Assembly (NCBI GenBank): GCA_051294905.1 | Contig: CM119371.1 | Span: 808,001-872,000, forward strand | From: Botryllus schlosseri | Lineage: Eukaryota | Reading direction: 5' to 3' | Length of the DNA stretch: 64,000 bases | Shown here: in pieces, positions 39,187 to 53,600 of the stretch | How the letters are laid out: each line of letters begins with the position of its first letter | Position numbering within the stretch: position 1 is the stretch's first letter | Program-made: the position numbers and the translations under genes | The notes under the pieces: model-generated | Databases searched by the model: none | The model's input: the letters and a program-made list of their open reading frames with translations, nothing else | What the model was told of the DNA's origin: nothing

Positions 39187-40990
39187 TAGCGGTGGGACCC
39201 CGGGATCCCGGGATTTGAAGCAATCCCGATCCCGTGATCAATCCTGATGAAATCCCGGGATTTGTAAACAGCATCTACCAAGGCTTACGTAGCGCCATAT
39301 CTGTTATTTGGGTAATAAAGCAGTGTCGCAAACTCGGCTGGTCTCAAAAAAACGGTGGTCTCAAACATGCGACCCGCGAGAACATTTTCTGCAGCCTGCG
39401 TCATAGCGTCAGCAATTTGAAATTTCAAGTATTCGCAAATATTTAACTGCAAATTTCTTATTTCGGATATGACAACTTGAAATTCACTCTAAAGCCACCC
39501 CAAACACCCGAATCGCTCTCCCGTGTCATATGTCCGATAGCTGCGAACTTTTGGCGCAACAGTTTATACGTTGATATGATGCAATTGTCGTCTCGTATTG
39601 TGTCTAACAATGTTGCGATCAAGTCACTACCTTCGAGTCACGAGTCATTTCGAGTCATTGCGCATTTCGACTCGAGTCAAGTCAAGTCAATCGATTTTCA
39701 AAGGTGACTCGAGTCAAGTCAACTCACTCGATTTTTGGAGGTGACTCGAGTCAAGTCGAGTCAAGTTAAGCCAAGTCAAGTCACGAGTCAAGTCACAATT
39801 CAAGTTAAGTTGCCTTTTCGAAGTATGAAGCATGATAACGTTATTTCATTTTGCTAGCTGTCTGAAATACAGATAGAGTGGTCATTGATATTTAACCGAT
39901 GAACGAATATAGAGTTATATATACACGCAAGAAGGCGCTGTATCGCTAATTATAAACCTCAGTTTATAGTTACCAGCCAAGATAGTGAATAGATACCAAT
40001 TGATAAGATGCAATACATTACGCATTTACAAATCTATATGATACAATTTGATCCTGCGCCAATGGTTGAGGACTATATAAACTATATTCGAATTCAGTTT
40101 CAATAAAACAATAGGTGTGGTTAAGGTAAAAACAGAGAACATAGTTTACTTTACTATATTAGTTAATGACAACGTAAGCTGATGTAAGCTTCGATCACTT
40201 CGTTTGCGGTCAATTTATTTGTGAGAGAACAATGGATGCTCAGTATAACGCACGATCATTAAATGACTGGTCGCTCTCACGGGTTACACCAACGTTTGGT
40301 GAACAATCCGAATATATGTAAGATACCGCGATTACTTGATGACTTGAAATTGACTCGTGCATTTTGCTCCGAGTCGCGATTCAATCCACATTTGTGATAG
40401 GCCGAGTAAGGTCAAGTCAAGTCATTTTAGCAAAGTGACTCGAGTCAAGTCAAGTCATACAAAACAGGTGATTCGAATCGGACTCGAGTCAAGTTATAAC
40501 TCGAGTCATCCCAACACTGGTGTCTAACTGTCTATAACTCATTATTTCGACAACTTATGCAAAGCACAAAAATATTTTTTAATAAAATATTTAAAAATAT
40601 AACTTTTTCGTGGAAAACGGGGATATTACAATAGTGAATCACATTTTCACAATGTGTATGGACTGCCAGTATGTGCAAGTTCCGTCAAATAAGGCCTATA
40701 CTTGGAATTACATATTGTACCTCTATTTTATGCTGTGGCCCGCTGCGTCATCAGAAACTACGGAATTGGCCCGCGAGCAAGTTTGGTTTTGAGACCCATG
40801 GTCAAGACGATGATACTCTTGCTGCTCTTAAGTTTTGGGTCAATAATGCAAGGAATAAATGTTGTTTGGGTAGCTTGTATGTGTATTTCAATACTTTTCC
40901 AATCCCTGGAAATCTCGGGATTGAGAAGCGTGAATCCCGGGAAAATCCCGATCCCGGGATTTCAAATTTGATCCCGAAGTCTCAACCCTA
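39187..40990. mobile_element. MITE with ATCCCGGGAT repeats, hosting nested MITEs
   Basis: TAGCGGTGGGAC...GTCTCAACCCTA; perfect TSD ATCTATAC. Confidence 0.82.
39608..40519. mobile_element. GACTCGAGTC-repeat MITE (nested)
   Basis: CAATGTTGCGAT...ATCCCAACACTG; perfect TSD GTGTCTAA; GACTCGAGTC/TCAAG arrays at both ends. Confidence 0.85.
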
Positions 40991-43740
40991 ATCTATACGC
41001 GCTGTGACTAATATTACTTCAGATTTTTTTCTAGATTGCAATTACAATTACTTGAAAATGCTGTAATCGTCGAAATAGCTTACAATTATAAATCACCGTT
41101 ACCCCATGTCTGCTCCAAATGCATTTTTCGCCAGCGAAAAGCTTCAACATGACCAAACTTATCAACAAAGGATTATTTCAACAACTAATCTATTCAGCAA
41201 ATTCGAAGTACTGCAACAGCAGCGAAATGTGAATCTGTTGAACGACACCATCAATCAACTTGGGATGAAAGTTGAAACAATAAATGGATTGGTTAATTCC
41301 ATATAGTGCGTCACTTCGTGACTCCAGATCATTGATGCGTCATCCCCTACCCACATGATTTGGTTTATCGCTTAGTATTGCTGGCAGTATGACGTGCTAA
41401 AATTCCATGCATAAACACTTCTGCGTGTGACTGAAATCGCAGTTGTTTCCGGAATAATCTGTTAGAGGCAGTCGTTTTGCAGCAGAGCCATTGCGCAACA
41501 TTCCTTTATGGGTGTGACAAATGCGCGATTTAGCAGCTAAGTCAAACAGGTTAGTTTCAAAAATAAAATTGATTGGAAAGCAAGTAGGCCTAATGGGTTA
41601 CCATTATTGACGAAATGGTTTTGTTAAGCAAAATGTTTAATTACAGCTTACAAACTAGCGTCAATGCAATGTGCATTTCATTGATAGTTCGAGCATCATT
41701 TCAGTTGACTAATCTTGGTGTAATAAGCTCTATAACAGTGCTGCTCAAACTTTTTTAGACACGCTCATGGATGATGGTGGAAAATTTCGCGCCCCCGTTA
41801 GCACCACATTATAAAACTAAGGTTATGTATGATGAGAGACCTTTCGAATATGAAATTCGGACTCTACACTGGGCAATTATCAGCTAGAGGTAAATCTCGG
41901 TGGGCGAGGAAAAAAATCGTTGAATAATTTGTCTAAAATAATCATGTCATGTCCAATGGTAGCACGTAGCATATACACACTTTAGACAATTTGGTGTCAA
42001 ATGCCTTTAATTTCCTGAATTGGGTTAGGTTCAATCAAAAACCACTGGTACGGTCCAGTTCTATACCAATTCAATCCCGGTTCGGACTAAATACTATGTG
42101 TCGGAGGTTCTATGGGCTCCTCATCGCCGACCTCGCTGCAGTCGCAGTGCCTTGAAAAGCCCAATCCGAGTGGGCCGAGCTATAAGTCGGCAGCAAAAAC
42201 GAGACGATGATAGAAGCGCACGTGACAGAGACTGTCTGAAGAGAGTGCCTGAGAGAGTGCAAGAACGAAGAATCAAGAGACGAAGAAATGCATATTCATT
42301 GAACTGTAAAACTTGTAATGCCGTGGAGCACAAAGCCTTAAAACAGGCTATAAGCACCACTGATGTGAATGATAATAATAATATTAATAAGAATACCAAT
42401 TCAATTTATATGCTAATTTCTAAGATCCAAAAGCATTCACATATGGCACAAAAAAGCATATAGCACTTGGCATATGACATGACCTGATAAGATAATATTT
42501 TATTTCTCCATAACGTTGTCTTTTACTACGCACTCTGCACAGATGGCTCACAGACGGACCATAAAAGCATCAGCTCAGCTAACACCTACACGCAAGTTAC
42601 TCCTAATTTGGTGACGTAGTCTGTTCGTTACAAGGTTCGGTATCAGTCATATCACGATCTGGCGTCGGTGTATGGATGGTACGACGCGATTATGACATTT
42701 GAATATTTCGCAATATTGCCGTTGTAGAAACTTGGAGGTTTCCACACCTACTAAACTCACTCTGAGTTAAAGAATCTCTGCTTTTCTCAGGCGGCTTTCC
42801 GCCTCTTCAGATGCTTTCACGACCCCGAAAGGGACGCGTACGTCCGCCAAAAATCACTACTCTATGGAGAGTCAGCCGACATTGCCAAATTGACTGGGAA
42901 TTGGTTTACACGAGTTGGAAACTCAAATATATCATATTTCAGAGACCATTACCGCTAAGTAGTTTTATCAAACTTATCTGACATACACCACAAGCAGGTT
43001 TATGCCACACAATATCTAAGTGGAAACGAAGCTGGGACACGCTGCTTCACCATAATATATTCTCGCGCAGGCTTTTGAAATGAGGAATGATATGAAATAA
43101 TAATTAGGGAAGTTACCAGTGGAAGATTCCAATGAGGAAAAAACTACTGAGAAACCCGGCCAGTATATGTTATCTTACCGATATGAAATTATATTTCGCG
43201 ATACATATTACCGACCAGTCGCTTTAGTTTACCAACGAACTGTTTTATGCCTTCGTGAAGCTATGCTCGTACCAGCAGCATAAGTTATCCCATCTTGCAT
43301 GAAATCAACTAATTGCGCAGTTCCTGTACCAGGCTGCGTATTTGTAACATATATTTCCACTTCAACAGCACGAAAATCGTTGCGCTGAGAACATCATGCT
43401 ATTGCAACCTTTAATTTAATATCAAACACTAAAATGGAGCTCCTGTTATGCATCGAATTCATATTATGCCTGTAAGGACACTAATGGATCATTTTATACA
43501 ATTACGAAGGTTTATGTAACATAGTTTTGTTGTGCCTGCGCAATCTCTAAATTGTTTACAACATTGCATTTTCCAAGTCCTTTGGGCGCGTGAGGCGACT
43601 TCAGTGATGATTAGTTCTCAGGAGTTTCGCTTGTGACTCACTATAGACGAGCTATCTGTCCGCCTAAAAATTATCTTCAATGCAGTGTACGTTTCATCGT
43701 TACGACAAGTATCATCATAATATTTCAGTTGGCTGATGAC

Positions 43741-44839
43741 CAATGTTCCCTCTAATTTTTCACGAGTCTGCGCAAACACGCCAACTCACCGCGCAGACCC
43801 CTGGAGAACAGTTCGCAACCAGCCCCGTCCCCATAGGGTGATAAAGTAACCTGACTGACCCCCCTCGGCGTCTAGGCTTTTAGCCGGTGCTTATCATCTA
43901 CATTGGGTGCGCGTTTAGTGGTTGTGTCGCCGAAATGCGCGAAGCATTTAAAATTTATATAACTCATGATTGCATCGGCCATTATCATGAGGAATTGTAT
44001 ATATATATTGCTATCAATTCTTATCATCTCCATGCTCACATAATCAGAATTACCGGCAGAATTCGGGCGTACCCGCTGGTATTATGACTTCGTTGCCTGA
44101 TGCTATTTCGGGACCTACTATCGCTCCTATCTGCTATGTCAACATGCAGATATTGAAATCGCACAAACGTACTAAACTAAAAGACTTACACGATTTCAAA
44201 TTGGCATTTCTTTACCGGGAAATAATGTTCCCTCGGTATGGCATTTGTCTTGTTGTGGGACTCGGATCGCCAGGACAGGAACATTCGGCGCCAGCCATTT
44301 AGGCGACTATGGACATGGACAGTTAAACATGTATAGTATATATATCGAAGTTTTCAGTTTTGAGTAAATCTTACGCAATGTTTATGCCACGCGGAGAAGA
44401 CTATTCGTTAGTTTCTCGCAGATTAACTTCGAGCTAGCCCATATAGGTATTTATAACTTTGTTAAACCATGTTATTTCGCCATTCCGAGTAAATAATGCG
44501 CTATTGAAATGATATCAGTATCGCACACGCGTACGAGACCATACTTTAAAAAATCTCTTTCGCTAGGCGCACGTGATAGTAAATTCTCATTTCTTCACTG
44601 ACCGCAATATTTACCTTTGCGGGCCGCACTTGTACCTCGGTTTCAGACTTCCGTGATAACACTATTTGCCCGTGGCATTTTTCACGAGTCTGCGCGCCAG
44701 CGTGTCCATTGGACAACAGTGCGCAACGACTAAAAAAAACACCACTTCGGATTTTTTGTGCGCAGCTTAGATTTTCTGTGCGCAGAGACAGTTTAAGCAC
44801 TGCGCATTTGCGCACGTGCGCAGCTTAGAGGGAACATTG
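43741..44839. mobile_element. CAATGTTCCCTCTAA MITE with internal insertion
   Basis: TIR CAATGTTCCCTCTAA; perfect TSD CTGATGAC. Confidence 0.85.
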
Positions 44840-45022
44840 CTGATGACAGATAATGGTGCAATAAGTTCTACAAGGATTAAGTCGCCATATCCATGTCTTT
44901 GAGTGTTTATTTTTTATACGAGTCGTAAAGTTACATATATCATAGTTTTAACAAATTTATATGTCATGCATGGTAAGCAGGTTTATAGCCCATTATCTGA
45001 GTGGCAGTAACTTAGCTGAGAC

Positions 45023-46219
45023 TAGGGTTAGTTCCGATATCAATAATTTTCACTATCCGGATAACGGATATATCCGTATGTTTCGAATTTAGCTAACCGG
45101 TTAACCGGATAGTGAATCCTAAGTGAGATAATCGATTTCACGAGGTCTGCATGAAAAATGGATGGCAAAATCATTACACAGTGTAATTGCAGCGCCCTCC
45201 TTATAAAGCTCACCGCATCAATAGTGTCATCCTGTAGCCGGGACCGGAGTTCTGTAACAAAGAGCCCAAACGTATTAAATACTCTTTCTGCTTCCACAAA
45301 ATTGGCTGAACTATAGTAAGCAAGGCTGAATATAGTAAGCATAAGCAGCGCTTCCTTTTTGCCCTTTCTGCTGTTTAGGTGTCCAGTACTGGAAGGACGA
45401 GTAGCTGATACCGGAATTGAGGCTGGCATGATAGCTCGCTCTTATTCTGCCATGAGAAATTCACATGATCAGGCCAGTAGCCAGCCGAAAAATAAGGGGG
45501 GTGTTCAAATAAAACGAGGTGGTTTCGATTTTTTTTTCGAATTTAGTATCAGCGGAAATCAATTACGCTTGCGCGCACGAACATGTTTCTGGAATGCGTA
45601 CATTCGATGTCATTCAGTTTCGCAATGTCAATCAACAATCACAATCTTAATAATCATGATCATAATAATCTCAGCGGCATATTGTCTCCAAGCCACCAAG
45701 AGATAGGATTCAGCGCATGTCAGGCCCGAGACTATGGTTACGCCAGCGATGATATCGTTCGTATCATGCCTATTGCAGATGCGATTGTGCAGGCCAGCGA
45801 TAATATCTTGATCACCAAGGCAATGCAGATGCGATTATGTAGGCCAGTGATGGTATAATGTCCACAGAGCCTATTGCAGATGTGATTCCGCCAGCCGAAC
45901 TATAGGCTTGTTGAAGACTCCAAAAACCAGGCCAGCAACGATAGCCGAGTTCGCGGCAATCAATGTCCTAATGTGGCGATCTTCTCAGCGAGAGATTCCG
46001 TCGCGTTACACAGTGCATTGACGTATCCAGCTAATTGGCGACACGCTTCTCGCTAATTGGCCGCGCGAAACCCTGATAATACGACTTATTGAAGCTTCCT
46101 AAAAGTTTAAAACACATTATTACCGATACTATTTTATCCGGTTAACCGGCAGATTTATATCCGGATATCGGATAATAAAAAAACATGCGGTTAACCGTTG
46201 TCCGGATAATCCAACCCTA
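45023..46219 (-). mobile_element. Non-autonomous hAT with dimerization-domain remnant
   Basis: TAGGGTT...AACCCTA; perfect TSD GCTGAGAC; ATCCGG subterminal repeats; EAERVFNTFGLFVTELRSRLQDDTIDAVSFIR. Confidence 0.87.
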
Positions 46220-47477
46220 GCTGAGACACGCTACTTCATCATAATAAATTCTATTCAGGCTTTTGATTGAAGTGTGATATCAAATAGTAATGAGGAAAGT
46301 AGCCAGTGGAAGATTCCATTGAAAAATAAAATGGTGTGAAGCCCTATATTGCTATGTTATCTTGTCGATATGTAATTATATTACATAATAAACATTAGTT
46401 ACACTTTGCTTTGACTGTTCTATGCCTTTACGACGCTCTGTTCATAACAGCAGTATAGGTTATCCAATCTAGCATAAACGATACTAACTTAACAGTGCCT
46501 GTACCAGTCTGCACACTCGTCGCATATGCTGTTACTTACTTCACGAAGCTCAGGGATCGCGTTACATCGCAGCGAACGGATTCGTGTGCGGTGTACGAGC
46601 TGACATGTCTGCATTCTAAACCGATGACGCGCGAGTCAGCGTGCAATTGCTTCCGCCGTGCACTTATCCTGATCGATTATCGAACTGAACTAGATATAGC
46701 CTAGGCTAGCCTAAATATGCCATTACTTTGCATTTCACTACAGACATGCGATGCCACGCGCATTAATAGCGTAACGTGTATATTCAAAGAATAAACATTT
46801 TTGAACTGCATCACTAACGATACCTCTTAGTTGACAATTCACATATAGACCGTGCAACCTGATGGGATGATAATCCACGTACACATTAATAACATACAGT
46901 TTAAGGCCATATCAGTGGCGAGTAGTTTACTTGAATAATCCACAGCCGCAACGGCAATGGATTGCGGATTCGAGGCCGACCGAGGTCGATTTCAGGATTC
47001 CTACGTAAGTGTTTGAAATTTATCTAGTTTCTTCTTCGCCATATCAGGCGTAAAAGCCTAGAAGTGGACCATGCTATACGTCGGCAGCTACTGAATAAAA
47101 ATAAAGGAGATTGGCCTGGTGTAAATGACCGGAGATGTCGACAAACACCATGAATAACCATAAACAACAAGGCTATATTGTTTGTGGGTAACATAAATGT
47201 ATAAAATGTATCAGTTCATTCAAAACCATATTTACGAGATTTGTTAATGACTTAAGGTGAATATGGAAAACGTTAGCAGTCTATAGAAAATATTCACATT
47301 GGTATAAATCAGGGGTTCCTTGGGAATCTATGTTTTTTTTTGATGACATATGACTCTCGGAGAAATATAAAATGTGATTTACCAAGTAATAATGAATATC
47401 AAAGTGAAAGCAAAATCAAAATAATAATGTAACGAATTGAGGAATATCGACTGCATCTAACATCGAAATTTCAGATC

Positions 47478-47953
47478 AGTCGGGTGGTAATGACTTGAGT
47501 CATGTCTCGACTCGAGTCGCGATTTTTCAGTGACTAGACTTTTATCGACTCGATTCGAAGCAATTTGTGTATTGACTCGACTTGTACTCGAGTCACTACA
47601 CATGACTCATCCAAGTAATAAAACTCAGGACTCGGACGGCCGGGACAGGCATTTCGTTTGAACTACTAAAAATAATAGCCTAAGCTACCACATAATGCTA
47701 GGCATTAAATATCCACTAAAAAAAGATGCAAAAACGTGATTTGAACAGGTTTGAGCTTGAAAATTAACAGGTAACACAATGACTTGGACTCAGTCTCGAG
47801 TCTCAACACTGTCACTATGGACTAAAACCTTTGAACACTATGACACGGACTTGACTCGGTGGTGAATTGAAAATGACTCGACTTGACTCGAGTCAAAACT
47901 AATAAAGTAGACTTGATTATGACTCGACACCTTGTGACTCGGTTACAACCCTG
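47478..47953. mobile_element. GACTCGAGTC-repeat MITE
   Basis: GACTCGAGTC/GACTT arrays ending TTACAACCCTG. Relatives at ~48220-48660, 54110-54525, 56092-56570 and 57157-58627. Confidence 0.65.
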
Positions 47954-49440
47954 GGATATGGTAATGTTTGATAGATCACGTCCCAAGCGCAAAATTAATT
48001 GATACGGCCTCGAAAAATACTCTTGACACGCGGATTTCGAAAATATTCGCCAAACAATTTCGAAAAATTAAAAATTCGACACGGTCTAACAGCAAAAGAA
48101 TTACCATAAATATGACCTATTACGGCGTTCCAATTATTCGCTACAAAGCCTGAATTCAATGGTTGTAAGTAAGTAACTTGGTTCTAAATCACATGTCAAT
48201 CTTACTTTGCTGCTATTAATGGAGTCGAGTCATTTTGAATTCATAATCGAGTCAAATCTAAGTCGTGGTGGAAAGGGTCGCTCCCGAGTCTAAGCAATTA
48301 TGTCTGCTGTTTAGTTTCGAGTTCAAGTCATGTTCAACCCAATTTTCACAACTTTGCTCTAGTGATATTGGGTGCCGCACATTGAAAATGTGCTGATTTC
48401 TATCATCGTTAACAATTTCTGATCCCAATTTAGATGTACGAGTACTGATAGACGAAATAACAATAGGGTGGATCTCTACTATTGTTCGAGGTAACAATGA
48501 AAATGCCTGACTTAGCCATCCTAGTTTCGAGTCATATGACTCGATTGAATCATGCGCAATGACACTAGTACAAGTCGAGTCGATTCACAAAAAGACTAAG
48601 TCAAGTCGAGTGATTTTCAGTTTTCAAGAAAGTGACTCGAGTAAGGCAGAGTCATCGAACAATATAGGTGGTTAAATCGTGCAGCAGCGTACTACGCACG
48701 TACTAGTAGTTTGTTGCCTATAGAGTCGGAAGAAAACGTTAACTTTCCGATGCGTCACACACTTCGACCCATTCTTTGGCTATGGCTACATTCCTCAAGT
48801 ACGCCTTACGAGTGCAAGTGTGTTTGTAAACAATATGGTCAAACATTCTGCTTCTGCCAGGAAGGAATTGGTTTGATTTTTTGGCCTCTCCTGTGAAGCC
48901 TGTATGTTCTCATCGTCCTTTTTATCTCGATATTTTTGCTCCACAATCTAGTTTCCCGATGGGATTTTCCGTTTCCTATGATTCAGTTAAGGAAGTTTTT
49001 CACCGCTGGCCGTCGGGCCGAAGCTGCCTTGAAATGGAAGTCGATTTTCAGAGGTATGTTTTTTTCTCGTGAGTGGCCGAATCTTCCAATGACTTTCTCA
49101 TGAAATGTTGTCGGTTGGTACTCGATTGGGGATCGGCACCATTCGACGAGTCAAATTCCTCCTTTTTTCTAATGCTTTGTGAGAAATGTCGCTTCACGTT
49201 GGTCTTTCTTTCCGAGCGCTTTCCTAGAATATAGGAATCGGTTGATTTGACCGGGAAAATTGATATACTTTAAAAAAATCTGAATCAAGTACTAATTCAA
49301 ATGCTTTGAGTCGAGTAGCGAGAGATGATTTTTTCGAGCACTGATATTATCAGCTTGTTGCTTCTATAGAATTGATTAACCGATTGGCACTGGCGGTTTT
49401 ATCAAAAACATTTGCTGCACTTTTCAAAACTGAAAAACAC

Positions 49441-49512
49441 GACACCAATGGGATGCGAAATGGGTTACATCGTTGGACTCAGAATGTCAACGTCTGACCC
49501 ACTACACCACGA
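49441..49512 (-). mobile_element. Degenerate tRNA-derived sequence (SINE head or tRNA pseudogene)
   Basis: Minus strand GTGGTGTAGTGG A box and degenerate B box TTCGCATCCC. Confidence 0.4.
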
Positions 49513-50649
49513 AACGAGACGAGAGCAGGTCAACAACCCGTGTATATAATCGAGAAGACTAGATAACTTTTCTGTAAAAATGGACATGTTTTGGTTACTT
49601 CCTTATAGAGTCCACTACGAATACCTAGCGCTAATTTGTACCTGCTATTCACTGCAGCAGAGATAACATCTTTCGAACAAGGCACGAGTGACCGATTTTG
49701 CTCAACTTATGCAATCGATACTGTAGAGCGTTTGAACCTAAACCGCAGTCTGATTCATGCGTCAGTCAGGTATTTAATATGAAGTAGAGCCGGCATTATA
49801 TTCTTTCTGGTCATGGAATGTACAAATTTGCACTTCCAAGATTTTCCATGCTGTTATGATAAACTCATGAACACAACGGGGATATTGTCAGTGGCCATCA
49901 AATCTCACAAAACATCATGATTCAATCATGAGTGACAGAATCTCAAAATCTATTCGGGTGGCCTACAAGTTATAAATACCATTAAGAGTGCATTGTCTCA
50001 GATACCTTTTCAGGCCTCACTGAGTATGATATTATTGGCTGGTAAGCAGACTTGTACATTTGTACAAGCTACCAATCTACTTAGTCGCCGGTTAAGTAAC
50101 AACTGTTTTTTTTTTACTAGATTGAGTTAGACATTTTGAAAAGTGTGTAGTTTTAGTTCAGTAGTTCATTAAATAGTTGCCCACATCTAGAAAACACGTG
50201 TCATCATTTGGCGTAAATCTTGTTGTAAACATCGTGATGTAAACCTCAGAGACCTCATCACTACAGAGACTGGCGTAGCCGGGTTGTTTGGGGTTGCAAG
50301 CCTTCCACATACGTAGAAACCTTATTTTAGAAGTGACAATTCCGCATCCAATATTACTCATCTCGTTAGCGATTCAGTAATTTGTATTATCAGTGCTGCC
50401 AATTATCGACAATCGACAGGGCATAGCGGCATGCGATCTAGTTGTTAGTTGCAGATATTTTATGGTCGAAGTTCACGTTACCGATATCGAACAACCAGCA
50501 GTTTGTAAAAGTCTGTTGGTATATAATATTTTAGGAAGGGGGTAGTGTTTTACCCTCATTGGCCGAATGATTAGGATCAAGTGTTGTAAAGCAAAATGAG
50601 ATCTGTAAAATGAAACTGAAAACGAGTAAAGTTCATGTCAAAGTCAGCA

Positions 50650-53600
50650 AAGGTCCGCTTTACTTGAAGCTTTACCTGCTTTCCATTGTAAATCAACTAT
50701 GGGGTTGGGCATATTGATCGTTCCAAAGATCCCAGAACTGTTATTAAAACTCTTCGAAGGTTTTAAAGCGTTCTCATGCTTGGCGAAGTTTATGAATGCG
50801 TATCCGAGCGGTCTTCCGACTCCATCTTTGCTGAAAGTCTTCAGATCTCGCATCTCTCGAGAATCCGTGATAACTACGCCGCGTCGATGTTTGAATTGGG
50901 ACAGGAGAAGCTCCTGAAAACATAACGAAATCAGTTTATTGAAGTAGGCCTACTCTTCATAGAGTAAATGAGTTAGTCACACAAAACTGCTACAAACAAA
51001 ATAGAGAACAGCGATTCTCTACCTTATCAGCCTGTGTACTGGTAAATTTCCCCAAATTAAGGTCAACACAGAATGTAATGACGACAACAGCATGCAATTG
51101 AAAACCAAGAAACTGAATTTCAATTAAATGAGAAATTTGATACCGTCCGTTTGATATCACACCTGTTATACCATAGGTCTCATTGAAGATTCTGGAAGAA
51201 GGGATAAAACCAACAACTCACTTTTGACCGTTTGGTCTATTTTGAAAGAAATGCGACTAAATGCTTACCAGATTGACAATACTGGTAAACATTGCTAAAT
51301 AGCATTTACGAATTTCGTCAAATTTTTTAAAGTCTTTATGACTCATGACTGGTCTCACACGAGTTGTAGGCATGTTTAAACTATGGTACAGCACTTGTAG
51401 CATTGTTGGCTGGAGAATTCCAGGTTAGCATACGGAATCGTCCGGTTAAAAAAAGGTTAAGAACCACTACTCTAGTCATTTTTGTATACTGACTTGACGA
51501 TAACACTTCACAGAACACACACATATTTCAGCACCGAAGTCGTGTCCAGTAATTCTCAGTTTACCGATAGACTCGTGTCGTAGCTATGGATAAAAATTGT
51601 TTACATGACAGATCGAATACTCTCAACTGATGCTACTTTTACCAGGTTTTTATGCAGGGACAGTGGTTCTAAACCTTTACTAACCCGGTGAACCGTTACA
51701 TTTATCTGAAAGCATTTGGAGAGCCCCATATTTCCGTCGAGTCACAAAAAACCTACCGCCTTACAGATCTAAATACACCACTTCAGAATACTGGTTCACT
51801 ATATCAACTGCGCATTACCATCAGTGTTGAAGGAAAAATCCTTTAAACATGATCATCAAAGAAAATATATTACAGTAAATCATTTCGACTTTTGCTGTAT
51901 GAGTCGGGTGTGTGTTTTGACTTCCGGTGAACCCTGAGACTGGCTCAAAATAACTTGGACAACGAGATAATTTTGGTTGTCTGATTACACTAATTAGAGG
52001 AAAATGTCGGTAATCTAATTCTAACATAATTCGTGAAATGTTTCTTTGCTCTAACTCAGATTCTAATTTCTGGTCTTTCCGAAAATGCTACAGGAGAACT
52101 GTATCGCGCGAAACGAATCAAGCATAGTGTGCAGACATTTGTCAGTCACATGCTTATAAGGCTGAGGTCTGATCTGATATGAACTGGACTTCATTCCATG
52201 TCCCAAGTTTTCGCGAATTGCGTAATTCTAATACAATGCAATTTGGAACAACTGTGTAACTGTGTGCCTTTAAGTCTAGTGTAATTTGGAAAAATACTGT
52301 CTATTATAATTCGGATTCTTGTCTAAATTGGAAAAATAACTGTGCAGCTATAACTCTAATTCTAACCTAATTTGTAAAAAAAACTGTACAGCTACCATTT
52401 TGATTCCAAATTTAATTTCTAAAAGCTGAAAATAATCTAGTTGTCCAAGTCTGGTTCATAGAACCCCTGGTGTTATCGTGTGAACCCGGTTAGGAACAAC
52501 TGCTCTAAGTTAAATAAAAAGCATGCTCATAGTTGTGATTCTGACATACCTTCAACTTTTTACCGTCCACACTTCTAGGAAGAATGTCAAAAATAAGTGA
52601 AGTTGTAGAAAAAAAAAACATTAGAAGTGTGTCTGTCTGTTTGGCCCGTTTTGCATTGTTGATCTTTTCACGTTTCTTCCATTCTATTGCGTCGAGACCG
52701 TCCGAGGCTTGCGTTCCTACACAGAAAACTACTGGTGGTCGCTGGAGTCAGGATTGCAATTTACTACAATTGCTAATTGGAGGTGGCTATTTTCGAAGTA
52801 TATTCTCGATTATAGCAAAATGATTCATGACACTAACACACAATACAAAGGTAGAATCTTGATGAAGCATTTTCAATTACCGTGACACAGGGGGCTGTAA
52901 TTCACTAAAATAAGTGTTGTAACTAATTAAAAAACACTTTCTACTTTTCAAAATCAAGCTGCAAAAGTAATTTCCGCAGTTTGATCGGGAAGTAGAAATG
53001 GCAGTAGTCATAACATAAACAATTTAATAATTACTTGAATTGGCAAAAACTACAGCAGACCAGAACTTTAATTTGAAACAGAGAAAGTGAACTTTCAAAA
53101 GAGGTAGATAATAGCGGCAAAAATTAGCCAAAAAGGTTGAGAACCACTGGACGATGTCCAGTAGGGTGGTTCAAAAATACCTTATTTCCCGGGGATTCAC
53201 TGATTAAATTGTTAGGTTGCATAAAAAATGCTTCGCGTCAAATTTGGGTCGATTCCAACCAATGAAAGCTGAAGCAGAGTCAATTCAAATTTTTAAATTT
53301 ATGATGAAAACTAAAAAATAAATTTTGAAATTTTACTATCAACCCTATGAAATTGGTAAGTTGCCTAAATGAACGACATGTAACTATTTTTGTTCGATTC
53401 CAACGGGTAAAAGCGAAGTTATTACAGTTGAAATCTTAAATTCGCTAACATACCATTGACGGCGGGAAAACCCAGAATTATGAATGAAAAAGTCAAATAA
53501 CTTTGTTTCTACGTCTTGGAGTTGCGTCAAATTTGTTTTTCATCGTTTTCTTAGACAACTCAACAATTTCATGAGGTATGCAGACAAATTTGAAAAAAAA

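Noticed and set aside
39630..39810. CRISPR-like short repeats (GACTCGAGTCAAGTC)
   Set aside because: No regular unique spacers and no cas genes; these are subterminal arrays inside a TSD-flanked MITE in eukaryotic DNA.
41106..41306. 66-aa coiled-coil-like ORF
   Set aside because: Short, with no splice-compatible neighbours and no recognisable family.
48700..49230. Possible 3' exon of the RBM28-like pseudogene
   Set aside because: A plausible acceptor and basic composition are present, but multiple stops and no motif I could match with confidence.
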